Shown: positions 15,891 to 19,133 of the stretch, in pieces
How positions within the stretch are numbered: the first letter of the stretch is position 1
Layout of the letters: the number at the start of each line of letters is the position of its first letter
NCBI GenBank assembly: GCA_019634125.1
Contig: JAHQVX010000083.1
Span: 1-19,133, forward strand
Source of the DNA: Saprospiraceae bacterium
Lineage (GTDB): Bacteria; Bacteroidota; Bacteroidia; Chitinophagales; JAHQVX01
Direction: 5' to 3'
Length of the DNA: 19,133 nucleotides
Notes under the pieces: model-generated
Databases searched by the model: none
Told to the model about the DNA's origin: nothing
The model's input: only the letters and a program-made list of their open reading frames with translations
Position numbers and translations under genes: made by a program

Positions 15891-16840
15891 ACAATACCTT
15901 GCTCCCCCAAATAACGCTCTGCATCTAACGCTGCCATACAACCCGTTCCGGCAGCCGTTACTGCCTGACGGTAGATTTTATCCTGTAAATCACCCGCAGC
16001 AAATACCCCTTCTATATTGGTCTTTGAAGTGCCTGGAATGGTTTTTACATAGCCCACTTCATCCATATCTAACCAGCCTTTGAAAATGTCACTATTTGGC
16101 TTATGTCCAATAGCCACGAAGAAGCCTTCGATGGCAATGGTTGACTCCTCATTGGTTTGATTATTTTTTACTCGAACACCGTCTACCAACTTGTCGCCAA
16201 GTACTTCAACAGTCTCTGTATTCCAATGAACTTTAATGTTCTCAGCCTTCATTACCCGGTCTTGCATAATTTTGGAGGCACGCATTTCATCTCGGCGAAC
16301 CAACATATGCACAGTTGGGCAAAGCTTAGATAAATAAAGTGCTTCCTCTGCCGCTGTATCTCCACCACCAACAACAGCAACATCTTTTCCTTTATAGAAA
16401 AAACCATCACACACCGCACAAGCACTCACTCCTGAACCATTCAAGCGTTGCTCACTTTCAATATTCAACCACTTAGCACTCGCTCCAGTAGATAGAATCA
16501 CCGTATGTGCTTCAATTTCTTGATCTGCATCAATAATGGCCTTGTGTACAGGACCGCTAAAATCTACCTTGGTAATTGTACCATAACGAACATCTGTACC
16601 TACTTTCTCCGCTTGCTTCTGAAAATCTTGCATCATTTGTGGCCCCATGACGCCTTCCGGATAACCCGGGTAATTTTCTACATCTGTGGTAATCATTAAC
16701 TGTCCACCTGGTTCAGCTCCTGTATATAGGACTGGGTTAAGTCCCGCACGTGCTGCATAAATAGCAGCTGTAAAGCCAGCAGGGCCACTACCAATGATTA
16801 AAGTATTTACGCGTTCTATTGTTCCGTTTTGCTCACTCAT
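15887..16840 (-). CDS. trxB: Thioredoxin-disulfide reductase
   Basis: FAD site GSGPAGFTAAIYAARAG, redox-active CAVC, NADPH site VVGGGDTAAEEA, and C-terminal GDLQDKIYRQAVTAAGTGCMAALDAERYL. 317 aa, ATG start. The 3' end overlaps the upstream convergent ORF by 4 bp. Confidence 0.95.
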   Translation of the reverse strand: MSEQNGTIERVNTLIIGSGPAGFTAAIYAARAGLNPVLYTGAEPGGQLMITTDVENYPGYPEGVMGPQMMQDFQKQAEKVGTDVRYGTITKVDFSGPVHKAIIDADQEIEAHTVILSTGASAKWLNIESEQRLNGSGVSACAVCDGFFYKGKDVAVVGGGDTAAEEALYLSKLCPTVHMLVRRDEMRASKIMQDRVMKAENIKVHWNTETVEVLGDKLVDGVRVKNNQTNEESTIAIEGFFVAIGHKPNSDIFKGWLDMDEVGYVKTIPGTSKTNIEGVFAAGDLQDKIYRQAVTAAGTGCMAALDAERYLGEQGIV

Positions 16841-16892
16841 TTATAATTTCTTTTGGTCGTTTAAACCGATTTTCGTTTTGTTTAGTTCCTTT

Positions 16893-17990
16893 TTAGACGT
16901 TGAATAAGAAATGCATAACATCTCCGTCGTCTACAACATACTCTTTTCCTTCAACGCGAAGCTTCCCAGCGGACTTAACCGCAGATTCTGAACCCAGTTC
17001 AACATACGTAGAAAAGTCAATAACTTCGGCACGAATAAAGCCTTTCTCAAAGTCAGTGTGAATTACGCCGGCCGCCTGAGGGGCTTTCCAACCTCTTTGA
17101 ATCGTCCATGCCCGCACTTCCTTTTCTCCTGCAGTGAAATACGTAATCAAGTTCAGTAGTTTATACGTTCCAGCAATCAATACATTGACTCCTGGTTCTT
17201 CTAAGCCCATTTCCTCCAAGAACATCAACTGATCTTCTAAAGTATCCAACTGTGCGATCTCACTTTCAATCTCCGCAGAAATTTTGACAACTTCAGCATC
17301 TTCATTGGCCACTGCCTCTGTTAAAGCAGCAGTATACGCATTGCCGGATTTCACGCTATTCTCATCTACATTACAAACATAGAGAATCGGTTTTGTGGTC
17401 AGCAAGGTCAGCTCTTTTACAAATTCCAACTCGTCCTCAGCAAACTCAATTTCTCTTGCGTTTTTGCCTTGTTCTAATGAAGCAGCAATCTTTTTGAGGA
17501 CATCTAACTTCTTGACTTCTTCTTTATCGTTTCCTTTCGCTGCTCGTTTCTGTTTCTCCATGCGTTTCTCAACGGTCTCCAAGTCTTTTAACTGCAACTC
17601 CGTATCGATCACCTCTTTATCTCTTACAGGATTAACATCACCGTCGACATGCACCACATTCCCATTATCAAAACAACGAACAACATGGACTATTGCATCT
17701 ACTTCGCGAATATTGGCTAAGAATTGATTTCCAAGACCTTCGCCTTTGCTGGCACCTTTAATTAAACCAGCAATGTCTACAATCTCCACGCTAGTTGGTA
17801 TCGTCTTCTGTGGATTCACCAACTCGGTGAGCTTATCTAATCGTTCATCGGGCACATTGATCACGCCCACATTCGGATCTTTTGTCGCAAACGGATAATT
17901 TGCTGCCAACGCACCTGCTTTTGTTAACGCATTGAACAACGTTGATTTACCGACGTTGGGCAAGCCAACAATTCCTGCTTTTAAAGCCAT
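16893..17990 (-). CDS. ychF: Redox-regulated ribosome-binding ATPase YchF (Obg-family GTPase)
   Basis: G1 motif [18 protein letters not shown]; a coiled-coil insertion; a C-terminal TGS domain ([30 protein letters not shown]). 365 aa, ATG start. 52 bp upstream of trxB on the same strand. Confidence 0.95.
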   Translation of the reverse strand: MALKAGIVGLPNVGKSTLFNALTKAGALAANYPFATKDPNVGVINVPDERLDKLTELVNPQKTIPTSVEIVDIAGLIKGASKGEGLGNQFLANIREVDAIVHVVRCFDNGNVVHVDGDVNPVRDKEVIDTELQLKDLETVEKRMEKQKRAAKGNDKEEVKKLDVLKKIAASLEQGKNAREIEFAEDELEFVKELTLLTTKPILYVCNVDENSVKSGNAYTAALTEAVANEDAEVVKISAEIESEIAQLDTLEDQLMFLEEMGLEEPGVNVLIAGTYKLLNLITYFTAGEKEVRAWTIQRGWKAPQAAGVIHTDFEKGFIRAEVIDFSTYVELGSESAVKSAGKLRVEGKEYVVDDGDVMHFLFNV

Positions 17991-18007
17991 TAAAAATTAA
18001 ATTTTCG

Positions 18008-18015
18008 CAAAAATA
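18008..18015 (-). promoter_or_regulatory. Candidate -7 box for ychF (TATTTTTG on the minus strand)
   Basis: The reverse complement of CAAAAATA at 18008-18015 is TATTTTTG, matching TAnnTTTG. Its G lies 18 nt upstream of the ychF ATG. Confidence 0.3.
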
Positions 18016-18250
18016 GGGAATGGGCGAACTGGAAAAAAATAAAGTTATACATGCTTTATCTCATTTTTTTAAACAAAGCTCACGAAAATATCACAACTCA
18101 TTGAAAATGTAAAGGTTTTGTTATGAATCTGTGATTTTACGGCTTTGCCTTAATGGTAATATTGAATACCCAAAAATTCTTTTTCTAATCAAAACAAACA
18201 CAATGGAAAAAATTTACCTCGATCCATTCTATTCATGGCGTAAAGTTGGA

Positions 18251-19133
18251 ATGAAATGGACTGTATTGTTGCTATTCCTTTTTTTAGGAATTAGCCTCAT
18301 GAATGCCCAAGAATGTTCTGTGGCTAGTGGAACTATTTCTACAGATGATCCTACAACGATTTGTGCTTTAGACGGCACACCAGACCCCATTAATGTATCT
18401 GTAAACGGCTCAGACGGCCCTTCATCCGCTTGGATTATCACCGATTTAGAAGGTGTAATTCTCGGCCTCCCTCCTGCTCCACCTTTCGACTTAGAAGGTG
18501 CCGGTGCAGGCACTTGCTTAATTTGGTATTTAGTTCATGATGGAGAACTTGAAGGCGTAGAGCCGAATGCCCCAATTGGATTAATTACGGGTTGCTATGA
18601 CTTATCGAATCCAATTGCTGTATTCCGAGATGTTGCAGAAGGTGGGGAATTGACAACTGCGGGAGGCATGACAGAACTCACTATCTGCGCTGGAGATGGA
18701 GAAAGTGATGCTTTTGATGTGATTTTAGAAGGGGCCGAAGGAGCCAATTCTGCTTGGATCATTACCGACGATCAATTAAATATTCTCGGTACGCCGCCTA
18801 GCCCACCATTCGACCTAGAAGGTGCAGGCGCAGGAACTTGCTTGATCTGGCATTTAAGCTATGCAAACGGTGTCAGCTTAGACGTAGCAAATGCAGCCGA
18901 CCTTGAAGGGTGTTATGACTTATCAAATCCAATTACTGTTTACAGAAACGTTGCGGAAGGAGGAAGTCTAACTACTGCTGATGGACAAACTGAGTTAATG
19001 ATTTGTGCTGGCGACGGCATCTCCGATGCCTTCGATGTAACCCTAGAAGGCGCGGATGGTCCTAATTCTGCTTGGATCATTACCGACGATCAATTAAATA
19101 TTCTCGGTACACCTCCTAGCCCACCATTCGACC
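18251..19133 (+). CDS. Secreted or cell-surface protein built from tandem 106-aa Cys-containing repeats. 3' partial: it continues beyond the window.
   Basis: Manual translation. The open frame runs from ATG 18203 to the window end without a stop. The likely start is ATG 18251 (MKWTVLLLFLFLGISLMNAQ, a signal peptide). At least three repeat units contain ICAGDGxSDAFDVxLEGAxGxNSAWIITDxxLNILGTPPSPPFDLEGAGAGTCLIW...GCYDLSNPIxVYRNVAEGG. It is absent from the ORF track because no stop falls in the window. The antisense 94-aa ORF at 18229..18513 is rejected. Confidence 0.75.
   Translation, partial: MKWTVLLLFLFLGISLMNAQECSVASGTISTDDPTTICALDGTPDPINVSVNGSDGPSSAWIITDLEGVILGLPPAPPFDLEGAGAGTCLIWYLVHDGELEGVEPNAPIGLITGCYDLSNPIAVFRDVAEGGELTTAGGMTELTICAGDGESDAFDVILEGAEGANSAWIITDDQLNILGTPPSPPFDLEGAGAGTCLIWHLSYANGVSLDVANAADLEGCYDLSNPITVYRNVAEGGSLTTADGQTELMICAGDGISDAFDVTLEGADGPNSAWIITDDQLNILGTPPSPPFD
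18314..19133 (+). repeat. Intragenic tandem repeat, 318-bp period (324 bp for the first unit), at least three copies (two full and one partial in the window)
   Basis: GTTGCAGAAGG at 18632 recurs as GTTGCGGAAGG at 18950 (a 318-bp period). TGCTTGGATCATTACCGACGATCAATTAAATATTCTCGGTAC at 18751 recurs at 19069. The NSAWIITDDQLNILGTPPSPPFD segment is about 95% identical in DNA between copies, while the flanking parts of the unit are about 70% identical. Confidence 0.85.

Noticed and set aside
16505-17727. Plus-strand ORFs inside trxB (16505..16699) and ychF (17395..17727)
   Set aside because: Antisense to two highly conserved housekeeping genes.
18229-18513. 94-aa minus-strand ORF (MPAPAPSKSKGGAGG...)
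   Set aside because: It is antisense to the longer, repeat-bearing plus-strand frame, which carries a signal peptide and internally consistent repeats. Its Pro/Gly/Ala-rich composition is the shadow of the repeat codons.
1-19133. Search for CRISPR arrays, IS elements or transposases, integrases, and defence modules (restriction-modification, toxin-antitoxin, Lon-like or NTPase defence genes)
   Set aside because: There are no short direct repeats with regular spacers. No transposase or integrase motifs (DDE, tyrosine recombinase) turned up. There are no terminal inverted repeats flanking a gene block. The only tandem repeat is the intragenic 318-bp unit. The Lon gene is a full-length canonical LonA, not a truncated defence-associated Lon-like protease.

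Overview
This 19.1-kb window reads as an ordinary chromosomal segment, probably from a Bacteroidota genome, and I found no convincing novel system in it.

The lineage guess rests on a lolA-like gene directly after ftsK, TAnnTTTG-type -7 promoter boxes, a missing or weak Shine-Dalgarno sequence, about 42% GC, and 7TM-AraC and CarboxypepD_reg-type proteins. The window is densely coded with mostly housekeeping genes.

Genes in order along the window:
- A partial DUF481-like outer-membrane beta-barrel gene.
- A 321-aa secreted two-half beta-rich protein.
- A membrane-embedded AraC-family one-component regulator with TPR, seven TM helices and an HTH.
- A VOC/glyoxalase-fold protein, panB and a DUF4442 hotdog-fold protein.
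- An NfeD-flotillin (SPFH) pair whose stop and start codons overlap.
- lon and a MarC-family membrane protein.
- A co-directional LOG, LapA-like (DUF1049), ftsK, lolA cluster.
- An initiator-type tRNA-Met(CAT) with its own -7 box and a perfect terminator.
- A zinc-ribbon / TM / CarboxypepD_reg membrane protein.
- trxB and ychF.
- At the 3' edge, a partial secreted protein built from tandem 106-aa Cys-containing repeats (318-bp period).

I found no CRISPR array, IS element or transposon, integrase, or recognisable defence or toxin module.

The items most worth a second look are the tandem-repeat surface protein, the 7TM-AraC sensor beside secreted proteins, and the anti-sigma-like Zn-ribbon/TM/CarboxypepD_reg protein with no sigma partner. 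None of them amounts to a clearly new biological system on sequence evidence alone.
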